IMG/VR virus record: IMGVR_UViG_3300037419_002816 | Span: 1 to 35,590 of that record | Length of the DNA stretch: 35,590 nucleotides | From: a virus | Taxonomy: Duplodnaviria > Caudoviricetes | Direction: 5' to 3' (one strand) | Part shown: positions 1-9,027 of the stretch, piece after piece | Position numbering within the stretch: the first letter of the stretch is position 1 | Layout: the number at the start of each line of letters is the position of its first letter | Program-made: the position numbers and the translations under genes | Notes under the pieces: generated by a model | Told to the model about the DNA's origin: nothing | What the model saw: the letters and a program-made list of their open reading frames with translations, nothing else | Databases searched by the model: none

Positions 1-38
1 CAACTTCCGCGACATCGTGAGCCGGCCGATGCGCTCGG

Positions 39-1385
39 CTAGCTGAACTTCGCGAGGTACCTGGCGAACACCCAGCCCTGAATCTCGGCCCCGCTCTCCT
101 TGTCGGTCCAGAGCACCAGCGCGAAGTCCTTTTCCTTCTTCACCAGCTTCACTGCCTTGCCGAAGGTGAGGCGCCCCACCTCTGGCGAGCGCGCGCGGGG
201 GTTCTGCCGCACGATGAGCACCTTTGCCGACACGTAGCGGTACTCCAGCAGCAACTCTGGCGCGCCGACGGCCTGGCGGGCGATTTCCTTCACGGCCTTC
301 GCCTCCGCCTGGGGACTGCCCAACACATTCGGGGCGTAGTAGCCCATGACGGCGCCGATGGCACCGGTAATCAGCCACTCCATCACCTTCTTGAAGTACA
401 GCCATAGCAGCACCTTCACCGCGGGGTGCTGCTGCGCCTCGATGGCGGCAACGATTTGGTCGACGGCCTCCTTGAGCGTGGGCTCGGTGACCGCCGCCAG
501 GGTGATGGCCTGAGCGGCCTGGGCAGCCTCTTCTTCCTCCTCCTCGTCGGCCTCGACGTGGCTGAGGTCAATGCCGCCGAACGTGCGCCACAGGTCGTCC
601 AAGGACTTCTTGGCCGCCTCCATCTCCCGGAACACCGGGTTCGCCTGCTCCAGCCACTTGGCGATTTCCTTGGCCGTGCCCCCGACGGCCGAGTCACGGT
701 AGGCCCGCCCGACCAGGTCTTGCTCCCAAACGGGCTTTAGGAACTGCTCATACTGCTTGGCCACGTCACCTATGGTGGTGAAGCCTGCGGCGCGCTTCAG
801 CGCCTCGTCACCTATGGTCAGACCGGCCATGCGCCGCACAGCCTCATCGCCAAGGGCGGTCAGGCCGGCTGCGCGCCGGAAAGCCGTGTCGTCGGCGGCT
901 AGGCCAGCCGCCTTGAGGAACGCGTCGTTCTTCCGACCGAGGCCAGCGAACGTATCCTTCGGGAGCGTTTGCTCCATGAAGCGCTTCGCCTGCGCAGCAA
1001 TGGACGTGTCGTCGACGGCCAGGCCAGCTGCCCTACGGAACGCTTCGTTCTCCTGGCCGAGGCTGGCGAATGCGTTTTTCGGGAGCGTTTGCTCCATCAG
1101 GCGCTTCGCCTGCGCAGCGATTGACGTGCCGTCAATGATGTCCTGGATGTGCTTCGGGATGGCGGCGCGCTCGAGCATGCCCAGAATCTCGCGTTGCGGC
1201 CGAGTTTGGCGCATCAACTCCTCAATCTGGGCACCCGGGGAATACCGCTTCACCATGTCCTGCATCTCCTGCATCTGGCGAACCGGGCCCAAGGAACGCA
1301 GGATGTCCTCATGCGCCTTCTCGAAGGCGCTCTTAACGCCTTTCGGGCGTCCAGGGGGCTCCGGAGGCAGGTTGGTGATGTCCAT
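39..1385 (-). CDS. Repeat-containing membrane protein with C-terminal SH3b-like domain
   Basis: 448-aa ORF with internal 40-aa and ~13-aa repeats, a hydrophobic segment (WLITGAIGAVMGYY) and a C-terminus typical of bacterial SH3 (VSAKVLIVRQNP...GWVFARYL). Confidence 0.65.
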   Translation of the reverse strand: MDITNLPPEPPGRPKGVKSAFEKAHEDILRSLGPVRQMQEMQDMVKRYSPGAQIEELMRQTRPQREILGMLERAAIPKHIQDIIDGTSIAAQAKRLMEQTLPKNAFASLGQENEAFRRAAGLAVDDTSIAAQAKRFMEQTLPKDTFAGLGRKNDAFLKAAGLAADDTAFRRAAGLTALGDEAVRRMAGLTIGDEALKRAAGFTTIGDVAKQYEQFLKPVWEQDLVGRAYRDSAVGGTAKEIAKWLEQANPVFREMEAAKKSLDDLWRTFGGIDLSHVEADEEEEEEAAQAAQAITLAAVTEPTLKEAVDQIVAAIEAQQHPAVKVLLWLYFKKVMEWLITGAIGAVMGYYAPNVLGSPQAEAKAVKEIARQAVGAPELLLEYRYVSAKVLIVRQNPRARSPEVGRLTFGKAVKLVKKEKDFALVLWTDKESGAEIQGWVFARYLAKFS

Positions 1386-1421
1386 CCAGCCATTTTGCCG
1401 GGGAGACCTGGGCCGACCCTA

Positions 1422-1448
1422 AAACGTATAAATCCTCGCGTTCATTTA
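1422..1448 (+). promoter_or_regulatory. Operator-like repeat copy 1 (AAACGTATAAATCCTCGCGTTCATTTA)
   Basis: Near-identical copies at 8316, 14017 and 21875; dyad ATAAAT-N10-ATTTA(T). Confidence 0.75.
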
Positions 1449-1539
1449 CCCCGGCGTCTTAGCGGGGTGTGCCTATACGACGCATGAAGGACAGGAAACC
1501 GCCTGCCTTCATACACACAACACACCCTGGAGACATCGA

Positions 1540-1740
1540 ATGAACGACACCACCCTGCGCGAGCGTCAAGCCGCCTACATCGCTGACTACAACGCCCGTT
1601 CGCGCGCAGCCGCAGTTGCCAAGCGCGCTGACGCCAACGAGGGCCAGTGGGCCTTGCTGCTGGCCGGCGCTGACGACGAAACCTTCGTCAGCAGCAAGAC
1701 CGAGCGCCTGGACCCCACCAAGCCCTGGCCCGCCGTCTGA
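1540..1740 (+). CDS. Hypothetical protein (66 aa)
   Basis: ORF with GGAG SD and CA-rich leader. Confidence 0.65.
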   Translation: MNDTTLRERQAAYIADYNARSRAAAVAKRADANEGQWALLLAGADDETFVSSKTERLDPTKPWPAV

Positions 1741-1750
1741 GGAGAGCGTC

Positions 1751-2149
1751 ATGCAGACCACTGTTCACAACCCCTTCACGCCTGTGCAGATGAACGAAGT
1801 CATGTTCGCCATCCAGACGCGCAGGTTCGCTCTCGGCGACGCAGCGAAAGCTGCTGATGCTGGCCGCGTGGCCACCGCCCGCTACGAAGACAGCGCAGGC
1901 GCTCTGGCGCTGGCCGCCGACCGCTACGAAGCCCTTGCCGACAAATTGGGCGCTATCTGGGAATCCGGACAAGGCTCCTTCACCCGCGACGACCTCGAGC
2001 ACGCGCTCATTGCTGCCAGCGTGGCTCGCCGCAACAAGGCGCGCGCTGCTCGGGCTGCCGACCGGTCCCAGGCACTGGTGCTCGGCGAGGTGGTTGACAC
2101 CATCACGGCGCTTCTGGGTGACGAGAGCCTAGTGCACGACGAGTACTGA
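1751..2149 (+). CDS. Hypothetical protein (132 aa)
   Basis: GAGGAG SD before ATG 1751; phage-like codon usage. Confidence 0.65.
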   Translation: MQTTVHNPFTPVQMNEVMFAIQTRRFALGDAAKAADAGRVATARYEDSAGALALAADRYEALADKLGAIWESGQGSFTRDDLEHALIAASVARRNKARAARAADRSQALVLGEVVDTITALLGDESLVHDEY

Positions 2150-2181
2150 CCCACCACACCCACGCTACACGGAGACATGCA

Positions 2182-2607
2182 ATGAACACCAACACCTCCC
2201 TTATGCGCGAAGTTCTGAAGCCGCGCGTTCCTTCCGGCCTCGAGGACATCAAGGTTCCCCCTCTGGCCATCGAGCCGGGCACCCCGGCCGCGGAAGTCGT
2301 CTACCGGGCGTCCATGGCCATCCGAGGTCTCGTCATCGAGAACCGAAAGCCCGTTGACCGGGAGGACTACCTCGCCGAGTGCTTCGAGACGGAGCACGAA
2401 GTGCCGCACGCAGTGGCGCAAGAGGTTGCAGCCAACGGGGACCTCATAACGGCGGCAGCAGTGCAGTTCGTGTTCCGTCAGGCGATGGATGGCCTGCGCA
2501 TCCTGCCGACCACGAAGCAGGGCCAACGGGAGATGCGCGAATGCGCGCTGGCAGCCGGCCAGGCCATCCGGGGACTTCTCTTCCGCCAGCAGGCGCTGGC
2601 GCTCTGA
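2182..2607 (+). CDS. Hypothetical protein (141 aa)
   Basis: GGAG SD; preceded by CTACACG motif at 2165. Confidence 0.65.
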   Translation: MNTNTSLMREVLKPRVPSGLEDIKVPPLAIEPGTPAAEVVYRASMAIRGLVIENRKPVDREDYLAECFETEHEVPHAVAQEVAANGDLITAAAVQFVFRQAMDGLRILPTTKQGQREMRECALAAGQAIRGLLFRQQALAL

Positions 2608-2752
2608 ACGACTGATTCTTGCCTCGAGGCAAGACGCCTCGGGGCCCACCCCGCCGCGGGGGTGACTCAACCGAGGGCGCGGAGACAGGTACGTAGTGGA
2701 GACATGACAGGCGCGCAGGGCCGGCAACAGAACAGGCCCTCGAAAGCACACT

Positions 2753-3379
2753 GTGAGCATCAAACGACAGAGCCGGGTCTACCTGGCCATCGGGGAGACA
2801 CTGGACGCGGAACTCGCCGCGCAGCTGCTGGCGCAGCAGACAGAAGGCATCACCTACGCCTTCAGCGTCATCATCGACAGCCGCCATTGGGACATTGCCC
2901 ACGCCTGCGGCCTGAGCCGCACCCTCATCAAGAAGCTGCGCGGGCGCCAGGAGTTCGAAGCGCGCGGCGCAGACGATGAGCGCATCGACACCGAGGGCGC
3001 TTTGGCCGAAATCCTCATGGCCCTTCTCCTCGAGCGCGCCGGCGCGAATATCGCGCCCTTGGTGGCCCACAAGCCGGATGCCGGCGGCGTCGACGTGGTC
3101 CTGGAGGGCCGCCGCCTGGACGTGAAGAGCATTGGCCAGGCCAAGACACTCATCAACATCAACTGCCGGCAGCACCAGGAGAAGCGCGCCGCAGCTTACG
3201 TCCTTGTCAGGTTCACGCGCGCCGACGTCGCAGACGTCTTTGTCGTCAGCCACGAGGCGGTGTCAGCAATGAAGCGCGTCGAGTGCCTGAGGGGCCAGCC
3301 GCTCGACCCCCGCCGGTACTTCTTCTCTGCCCGGATGCCGCTCAACCTGGAGCCGCTGCCCGAGGAGGTGGAGGCCTAA
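2753..3379 (+). CDS. Putative PD-(D/E)xK-family nuclease
   Basis: Motif order G-x-x-AE...VD-V...DVK (GALAE, GGVDVVLEGRRLDVKS) followed by AYVLV. Confidence 0.55.
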   Translation: MSIKRQSRVYLAIGETLDAELAAQLLAQQTEGITYAFSVIIDSRHWDIAHACGLSRTLIKKLRGRQEFEARGADDERIDTEGALAEILMALLLERAGANIAPLVAHKPDAGGVDVVLEGRRLDVKSIGQAKTLININCRQHQEKRAAAYVLVRFTRADVADVFVVSHEAVSAMKRVECLRGQPLDPRRYFFSARMPLNLEPLPEEVEA

Positions 3380-3419
3380 CAAGCCGCGTACGACGAAAGC
3401 ACTGCAGACAACCTGCAAC

Positions 3420-3446
3420 GACCGCCCTCGCCGGCGGTCTTTTTTC
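3420..3446 (+). terminator. Rho-independent terminator
   Basis: GACCGCC-loop-GGCGGTC followed by T-run. Confidence 0.7.
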
Positions 3447-3544
3447 GCTCGGAAAGGGGCCGCTTCGCCTCTGGAGGCCTCACAATTACCTGGAGGTAAT
3501 CACAGTAGCGCGGGATGCACCCGCGCACCCTTGGAGAAACTTGC

Positions 3545-5056
3545 ATGGCAACGGCAACGCTGGTCGAGCACGCTCACGCAGCGGGCAAGACGTTCATGGA
3601 GCGCGTCACGCGCGAAGAGCAGAAGGCAGAGGGGCAGTTTTGGACGCCCCCAGGCATTGCCCTCTTCATGGCCCGCCGCCTCGTGGCCGGCGTGGACACC
3701 CGCCCCATCCGAGTTCTCGAGCCGGCCGCGGGCGCCGGCATCCTGGCCGCGGCAGTCCTGGACGTTCTCCTGGAGCGCCCTGTTCGCCCCTCGCGCGTGG
3801 AACTGCTTCTCTGCGAGAAAGACCCCCGCCTGCTACCGGTGCTGGAAGCACTTGCGGTCAAAGCCAAGGCCATCTGCGCCGAGGCTGGCGTTGACCTCGA
3901 TGTAGCCATTGAAATCGGGGACTTCCTGCTGTCCGAGCGCGTGGTGAAGGGCGAGCCCATCGAGGGGCTCCTGACCATTTCGAATCCTCCGTTTTTCAAG
4001 CTGGCGAAGTCCTCTGCGCAGGCACAAGCGCACCCTTACGCGGTGTACGGCCAGCCGAACATCTATGGCCTGTTCATGGCCGCAACGGCCAGGCTGACCG
4101 GCAAGCATGGACGTTGGTGCTTCATCACGCCCAGGTCTTGGATGTCCGGCAGCTACTTTGGCGCTGTCCGCCGAACCATTCTTCGTCACCTCACGCTCGA
4201 GTCCCTGCACGCGTTCGAGTCGCGTACCGAGGGCTTCGCTGAGGACGAGGTCCTGCAGGAAACCGTCATCGCGTGGGGCGCTCATCGGCCGCAGGTCGAG
4301 CCTGGCTACCAGGTGCTCCTCTCGCGGAGCGCCGGCGTGGCGGACCTGGACGACATGCACATGCAGGCCCTCCCAATCGAGCGCCTGGTGAACGATGACG
4401 ACGGCCACGCTGTCATCAGCATCCCTGCCGACGGTCACGACCCCTTCGAGGGATGGACTGCCACCCTCGCCACGTACGGCCTCCAGGTCAGCACCGGCCC
4501 GGTGGTGGCGTTCCGCGCCACCGAGTACATCCGCGAGCACAAGGAAGCCGGCACCGTGCCCCTCCTGTGGCTCCAGCACGTGAAGCAGCAGGCCGTCCAG
4601 TGGCCGGTGCAAAAGAAGCGCGAGCACATCAAGGCGGTGGCCGGCAGCGCGTGGATGATGGTCAAGAACAGCCCCATGGTGCTGATGCACCGCTTCTCGC
4701 CGAACGAAGCGGAGCGCCGTGTGCGATGTGCTGCCTACGAAGGGCAGCTGCCGGGCGCTGTGGTGGGGCTCGAGAACCACCTGAACTACATCTTCAGGCC
4801 CTCGGGCAGCATGAGCGTGGCCGAGGCGCGGGGCCTGTCAGCGCTGCTGGCAAGCGAGGTTGTCGACAAGCACTTCCGCGCCTTGGCGGGAAGCACCCAG
4901 GTGAACGCCAGGGACCTCAGGGCGCTGCCTTTGCCGCCGCTGCGCGTCATCGTGGCCATCGGGGAGCGCCTGCCGGCGCAGCCCACGCTCGCCCAAGTGG
5001 ACACCGTCGTGGCCGAAGCCCTTGGATTGCATGCTTTAGTATCCGCGCAGGCGTAG
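3545..5056 (+). CDS. N6-adenine DNA methyltransferase, BsuBI/PstI (Eco57I-M-like) type
   Basis: GQFWTP, VLEPAAGAG (motif I), ISNPPF (motif IV), FITPRSW, ENHLNY, GSTQVNA; GGAG SD before 3545 (alternative start 3515). Confidence 0.88.
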   Translation: MATATLVEHAHAAGKTFMERVTREEQKAEGQFWTPPGIALFMARRLVAGVDTRPIRVLEPAAGAGILAAAVLDVLLERPVRPSRVELLLCEKDPRLLPVLEALAVKAKAICAEAGVDLDVAIEIGDFLLSERVVKGEPIEGLLTISNPPFFKLAKSSAQAQAHPYAVYGQPNIYGLFMAATARLTGKHGRWCFITPRSWMSGSYFGAVRRTILRHLTLESLHAFESRTEGFAEDEVLQETVIAWGAHRPQVEPGYQVLLSRSAGVADLDDMHMQALPIERLVNDDDGHAVISIPADGHDPFEGWTATLATYGLQVSTGPVVAFRATEYIREHKEAGTVPLLWLQHVKQQAVQWPVQKKREHIKAVAGSAWMMVKNSPMVLMHRFSPNEAERRVRCAAYEGQLPGAVVGLENHLNYIFRPSGSMSVAEARGLSALLASEVVDKHFRALAGSTQVNARDLRALPLPPLRVIVAIGERLPAQPTLAQVDTVVAEALGLHALVSAQA

Positions 5057-5167
5057 CCGCAGCATCGAAAACGGCAGGCCAGTTCTGCCGGTAGTGTTTT
5101 CACCAGCAGTGCTGCCGGTGAAAAACGTATACTCCAGCCGTCCCAACCCTGAAAAAGGCGTTTTTCG

Positions 5168-6247
5168 ATGGCTGTCCTCCCCGCGCTCCCCTCGCTCGAC
5201 CTGGTCCGCGCCAGGCTCGACGTCATCTTTCCGGAGACCTTCCCGGACCGCACCCCGCTCGTGAGCGAGATGTGCGCCCGGATGGTCTTCACCTGCATCT
5301 ACGGCAACTTCATCGAAGGCACGGGCACCTGGTTCCGGCCGAGCACGGTTATCCGGTTCAGCGAGGAACAAGCCGCCCGGACGCTTGACGCGGACCGCAA
5401 TGCTTGGGCGTCGCAATGCCAGAACCCGGGGTTCGTGCCGCTCGGGAAGCAGTGGTACGCGGATAACTCCCGCGAACCGCTGCGCGATGACCTGATTCGC
5501 AATCGCGCCATGCCCATCGGCATCATCGTGAAGCGGGAGGGGGTGCCGCCCACCAGCCCGGCGCCCATCTACGCGCTCTCCAAGGCCTTCGCGCGCCTGT
5601 TCGACCCCTCCCTGACCGGCTCGGACCTGGGCAATGCCATCAACCAGTGGCAGGAGCACTCGCTGGACCCGGGCACGCTCAAGCGGATGAAGTTGCTGGC
5701 GCAGGGCGTCACCGCCAAGGAGGGCCAGGTCACCGTCACCCTGCCCACCAGCGGCATCACGCTGCGCCTGGCGCCCGGCGAGGCCTCGCGCATCACCAAG
5801 GACGTGTGCGAGGTCATGGCGGTCGACAGCCTGCGGCAGCCGCTCGTGGTGCACGTCAGCATGTCCGACCGCAAAAGCTTCCCGGAACTCAAGGGCGCGA
5901 CCGACGCAGTGGGCCTGAAGTTCGACCCGAAGGCCGAACTGCCGGACGTGGTCATGGTCAACCTTTTCCAGCAGAAGGGCAAAGGCATGACCGTGGTGTT
6001 CGTGGAGGTGGTCCACAGCGACGGGCCCATCACGGAACTGCGGAAGAAGGCGCTCCTGCGGCTTGCCAAGGACGCCGGCATCCCCGAGAAGGATGTCGTG
6101 CTGGTGACCGCCTTCGAGGACCGCAACTCGCCTGCCTACAAGAAGCGCACGAGCGAACTGGCCTTCGACTCCTGGGTGTGGTTCCGCAGCGAGCCGCACC
6201 TGTTCCTGCACATCGGGCCCATGCGCAAGCTGGACGAAGCAGCCTGA
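5168..6247 (+). CDS. Type II restriction endonuclease, BsuBI/PstI family
   Basis: WYADNSREPLRDD N-terminal motif, LPDVV...FVEVVHSDGPITELRK, VTAFEDR, WVWFRSEP; directly follows the MTase. Confidence 0.85.
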   Translation: MAVLPALPSLDLVRARLDVIFPETFPDRTPLVSEMCARMVFTCIYGNFIEGTGTWFRPSTVIRFSEEQAARTLDADRNAWASQCQNPGFVPLGKQWYADNSREPLRDDLIRNRAMPIGIIVKREGVPPTSPAPIYALSKAFARLFDPSLTGSDLGNAINQWQEHSLDPGTLKRMKLLAQGVTAKEGQVTVTLPTSGITLRLAPGEASRITKDVCEVMAVDSLRQPLVVHVSMSDRKSFPELKGATDAVGLKFDPKAELPDVVMVNLFQQKGKGMTVVFVEVVHSDGPITELRKKALLRLAKDAGIPEKDVVLVTAFEDRNSPAYKKRTSELAFDSWVWFRSEPHLFLHIGPMRKLDEAA

Positions 6248-6251
6248 CACC

Positions 6252-6276
6252 AAGCCCGCCTCGCGCGGGCTTTTTC
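6252..6276 (+). terminator. Rho-independent terminator
   Basis: AGCCCGC-CTCGC-GCGGGCT-TTTT; same stem-loop recurs at 21838. Confidence 0.75.
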
Positions 6277-6307
6277 TTCCCTGCGGGCCGCGTTGCTACA
6301 CGACGTG

Positions 6308-6535
6308 ATGACCAGCCCGCGCCCCTCCCCCCGTTCGAAACTCCGCGCCGCCAGCCGCTCGCTGACGGTGTGGTTCTCCGCCGCCGTGCCGGTGCTTCTC
6401 GCCGCGGCCGAGACGCTGAAAGACCAGCTGCCGATGCTGGGCGACTTCCTGCACGGCTGGAAAATGGTCGCCTGCTCCGTCGTGGTGTCCGCCGTCGTGG
6501 CGTACCTGCGCATGCGCAACCACGGCGGGGAGTGA
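6308..6535 (+). CDS. Putative holin (two hydrophobic segments)
   Basis: Small, basic N-terminus, RSLTVW motif, two TM-like segments, upstream of the spanin pair. Confidence 0.6.
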   Translation: MTSPRPSPRSKLRAASRSLTVWFSAAVPVLLAAAETLKDQLPMLGDFLHGWKMVACSVVVSAVVAYLRMRNHGGE

Positions 6536-6538
6536 GCC

Positions 6539-6895
6539 GTGTTTGCCGGCATCTCCGCCACCGTCAAGGCTGCGACCGCGCTGGTGTTCCTGACGCTGCT
6601 TGCCGTCATCGGCGTGCAGACCTGGCGCCTTGACCACGCCCAAGCCCGAATCGAGGTCCTCGGGGCGGAAAAAAGCGCGCTCCAAGCCAAGCTGGACGCC
6701 CAGAACACCGCCGTCGCCGCGTTGAAGGAAGACGCCACCCGGCGCGCCGCCGCGGCCGACAAGGCCGCCGAGATTGCGACTAAGACTCTGGCCAAGGCCG
6801 AGGCCGTCGCCAAGGCCCTGGAAGCGGCGCCCGCGCCCAAGAACTGCGAGCAGGCAATCGCCTTCCTCGTGAAGGTTGCGGGAGGCGCGCAATGA
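6539..6895 (+). CDS. Putative i-spanin (Rz-like)
   Basis: N-terminal TM followed by Ala-rich coiled coil and a C-terminal Cys. Confidence 0.65.
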   Translation: MFAGISATVKAATALVFLTLLAVIGVQTWRLDHAQARIEVLGAEKSALQAKLDAQNTAVAALKEDATRRAAAADKAAEIATKTLAKAEAVAKALEAAPAPKNCEQAIAFLVKVAGGAQ

Positions 6896-7173
6896 CCGCC
6901 CGCCTGGTGAAGTGCGCCCTGCTGCTGGTAATCCTGGTCGCCGGCGTCTTGCTGATGACCGGGTGCGCCACTGCCCCGACCGGCCAAGGGTCCACCTTGG
7001 TGCCTGTTTCTCAACCCTGCTCCGCGGCGCACGACGTGCCCGAGGAACCCGCCCGCAACCTTTCCCTCGACCCGAAGCAGCCTGGCCTCGCGGTGCAACA
7101 GTTCGCCGCGAACCGCGCACGCTGGATTGGCTACGCAGACGCGCTCAGGGAGCGCCTGGACGCCTGCAAATGA
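6892..7173 (+). CDS. Putative o-spanin lipoprotein (Rz1-like)
   Basis: Signal peptide with lipobox (LMTGC), Pro-rich, ends LDACK; ATGA overlap with i-spanin. Confidence 0.65.
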   Translation: MTARLVKCALLLVILVAGVLLMTGCATAPTGQGSTLVPVSQPCSAAHDVPEEPARNLSLDPKQPGLAVQQFAANRARWIGYADALRERLDACK

Positions 7174-7448
7174 GCCAAGACCACCCTGTCACGCGGAACG
7201 AGTTCAACGCCGCCATCCGCCACCTCGAGAACCTGCTCCAGCAGCAGACCGAAATTCTTCAGGCGCTGGCGGTGAACCAGGCCGAGAACAAGGCGCGCGA
7301 TGAGAAGATTGCCGCGCACGCCGAAGCCATCAAGGAAATCCGCGCCGAGCAGAAGGCGCACAGCGACAAGCTGTCCTGGTACGCCGGTGCGCTGGCCGCG
7401 CTAGGCCTGGTGTGGCCGTTCATCTCGAAGAAGTTGGGCCTGACCTGA
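7170..7448 (+). CDS. Coiled-coil protein with C-terminal TM (XhlA-like lysis accessory)
   Basis: MSQDHPVTRNEF... coiled coil then WYAGALAALGLVWPF; overlaps both neighbours. Confidence 0.55.
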   Translation: MSQDHPVTRNEFNAAIRHLENLLQQQTEILQALAVNQAENKARDEKIAAHAEAIKEIRAEQKAHSDKLSWYAGALAALGLVWPFISKKLGLT

Positions 7449-7864
7449 TGGCCGATGGCATGCCCTTGGTGCTGACGCTCGACCTCCCCGAGGCGACGCC
7501 GTCGAACAACACCCTGAAGGGCATGCATTACCGCGTGTACGCCAAGACGCGGCAAACCTGGCAAATGCTCGTCCAGGCTGCGGCTGATGCCGCAGAAAGG
7601 CCCGCCCTGCCGATTCAGCGCGCGTACCTCGAAATCGACCGCTACTGCGCCGGCGGCGGGCTGGACTGGGACAACGCGTACGGCGGGCTCAAGCCGCTCC
7701 TAGACTGCCTGGTCGCGCCGAGCGCGCGCAACCCCGACGGCCTTGCCATCATTGAGGACGACAACCCGCGCGCTATGCCGCTACCACCTTTGGTGCGGCA
7801 GCTACCCGCGAAAAAAGGCCAGGGGCGCACTGTTGTTCGCGTGTACAACGCAGCCAACCTGTAG
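7448..7864 (+). CDS. rusA: RusA-like Holliday junction resolvase
   Basis: PSNN, LDWDN..GGLKPLLDCL, IIEDD motifs match the RusA D-x-DN...K...D-x-L...DD pattern. Confidence 0.7.
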   Translation: MADGMPLVLTLDLPEATPSNNTLKGMHYRVYAKTRQTWQMLVQAAADAAERPALPIQRAYLEIDRYCAGGGLDWDNAYGGLKPLLDCLVAPSARNPDGLAIIEDDNPRAMPLPPLVRQLPAKKGQGRTVVRVYNAANL

Positions 7865-7908
7865 GCGCTCTGTCAGCGCACCCTCCCTAAAATGGGAACA
7901 AAAAGGGA

Positions 7909-8310
7909 GTGCGGTTGTTGACGCAAGACGAGAAGTTCACGGTACTGGCGCAGGCGCAAGGCCTGCTGAATCGCAAAGGAAGCCAGTTCACCAGGCGAGA
8001 GCGCGAGGGTAAGTTTTTCGTTTGGCAATGCGCCTGGTTCGATGGCATCGCACCGGAACCGTACCGCCTGAAGGGCCTGCGCCTCGCTGTCGTCATTGAC
8101 TACGCAACGATGCATGCGGAGGCTCTCGCCTTCGACGAGGCCGCATACGACCCCTATGACGAGAAGCAAGGCTTCCCGAAGCCTGTCCACGCCGCCTCCT
8201 TCGAGTGTGAACTGGACGGACTGAAGCACGTCGCGGTGGCCAACCGCCTGGAAAAGCTGTTCTACGAAATCGTCGGCATCGACCAGGTGTCCGGCATTCG
8301 GGCCGCGTAG
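7909..8310 (+). CDS. Hypothetical protein (133 aa)
   Basis: GTG-start ORF with good codon usage; ends just before operator copy 2. Confidence 0.6.
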   Translation: MRLLTQDEKFTVLAQAQGLLNRKGSQFTRREREGKFFVWQCAWFDGIAPEPYRLKGLRLAVVIDYATMHAEALAFDEAAYDPYDEKQGFPKPVHAASFECELDGLKHVAVANRLEKLFYEIVGIDQVSGIRAA

Positions 8311-8315
8311 GCCCG

Positions 8316-8347
8316 AAACATATAAATCCCCGCGTTCATTTATTCAC
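8316..8347 (+). promoter_or_regulatory. Operator-like repeat copy 2
   Basis: AAACATATAAATCCCCGCGTTCATTTATTCAC; CTACACG 40 nt from its start. Confidence 0.75.
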
Positions 8348-8394
8348 CTGCCTCGCTACACGGGGTAGGACTAACAACACACGAAGGAAATCTG

Positions 8395-8985
8395 ATGGCA
8401 ACGAAGAAGGCACCGGCTAAAAAAGCGGCCGCGAAGACCAAGACTGCACTGAGCAAGCAGGCGCAAGACGTTCTGAAGCTGGTCGAGATTGCGGCCTACC
8501 TCACTGACGACGAGCGCCGCATCAAGAGTGAGGCAATTCACAATGGCGCCGACCCGGAACAGGTGTGCCCATACCTGGCCAGCTACGACATCAAGCCGAC
8601 CAAAGCGCCTCAGTTCGTCCCGCCTGAGGGTAACAATGACGAGCGCCTCTACGACCAGAAAAAGGATGCCTGGAAGAAGTTCAAGGTCGACGAGTTCTTC
8701 CTGTACGAAATCCTGGATGCCCTGACGTTCGTGATGGCCCAAGGCAAACTCAATTCGCGCACCTGGGTCTACGAGGTCTTCAGGACCGAGAAGAACTGGT
8801 CCGGCTTCCTCGAGGAACTGGGCGTCTACGAGCAAATCCACCGCATTCGCGACCCTTGGTGGTGGACTCTGGCCAAGCTGGCCGAGCACGAAGACTTCGA
8901 GGAAGGCTTTTCGACCGCCGAAGACATGGCAGAAGCCCTCGAGCAGTACGCCATCGAAACCGGTCAGTTCGCTGAACTGAAGTGA
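8395..8985 (+). CDS. Hypothetical protein with Lys/Ala-rich N-tail and acidic C-terminus
   Basis: 196-aa ORF with AAGGA SD, its own promoter/operator and a terminator. Confidence 0.75.
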   Translation: MATKKAPAKKAAAKTKTALSKQAQDVLKLVEIAAYLTDDERRIKSEAIHNGADPEQVCPYLASYDIKPTKAPQFVPPEGNNDERLYDQKKDAWKKFKVDEFFLYEILDALTFVMAQGKLNSRTWVYEVFRTEKNWSGFLEELGVYEQIHRIRDPWWWTLAKLAEHEDFEEGFSTAEDMAEALEQYAIETGQFAELK

Positions 8986-8989
8986 TTCC

Positions 8990-9017
8990 AACGCCCCGTT
9001 CCCGCGGGGCGTTTTTC
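8990..9017 (+). terminator. Rho-independent terminator (possibly bidirectional)
   Basis: AACGCCCCG-loop-CGGGGCGTT-TTT between convergent genes. Confidence 0.7.
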
Positions 9018-9027
9018 ATTGGGAGGC

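Noticed and set aside
2617-2634. Protelomerase telRL site of a linear phage-plasmid
   Set aside because: The palindrome is much shorter than N15-type sites and no protelomerase gene is visible.
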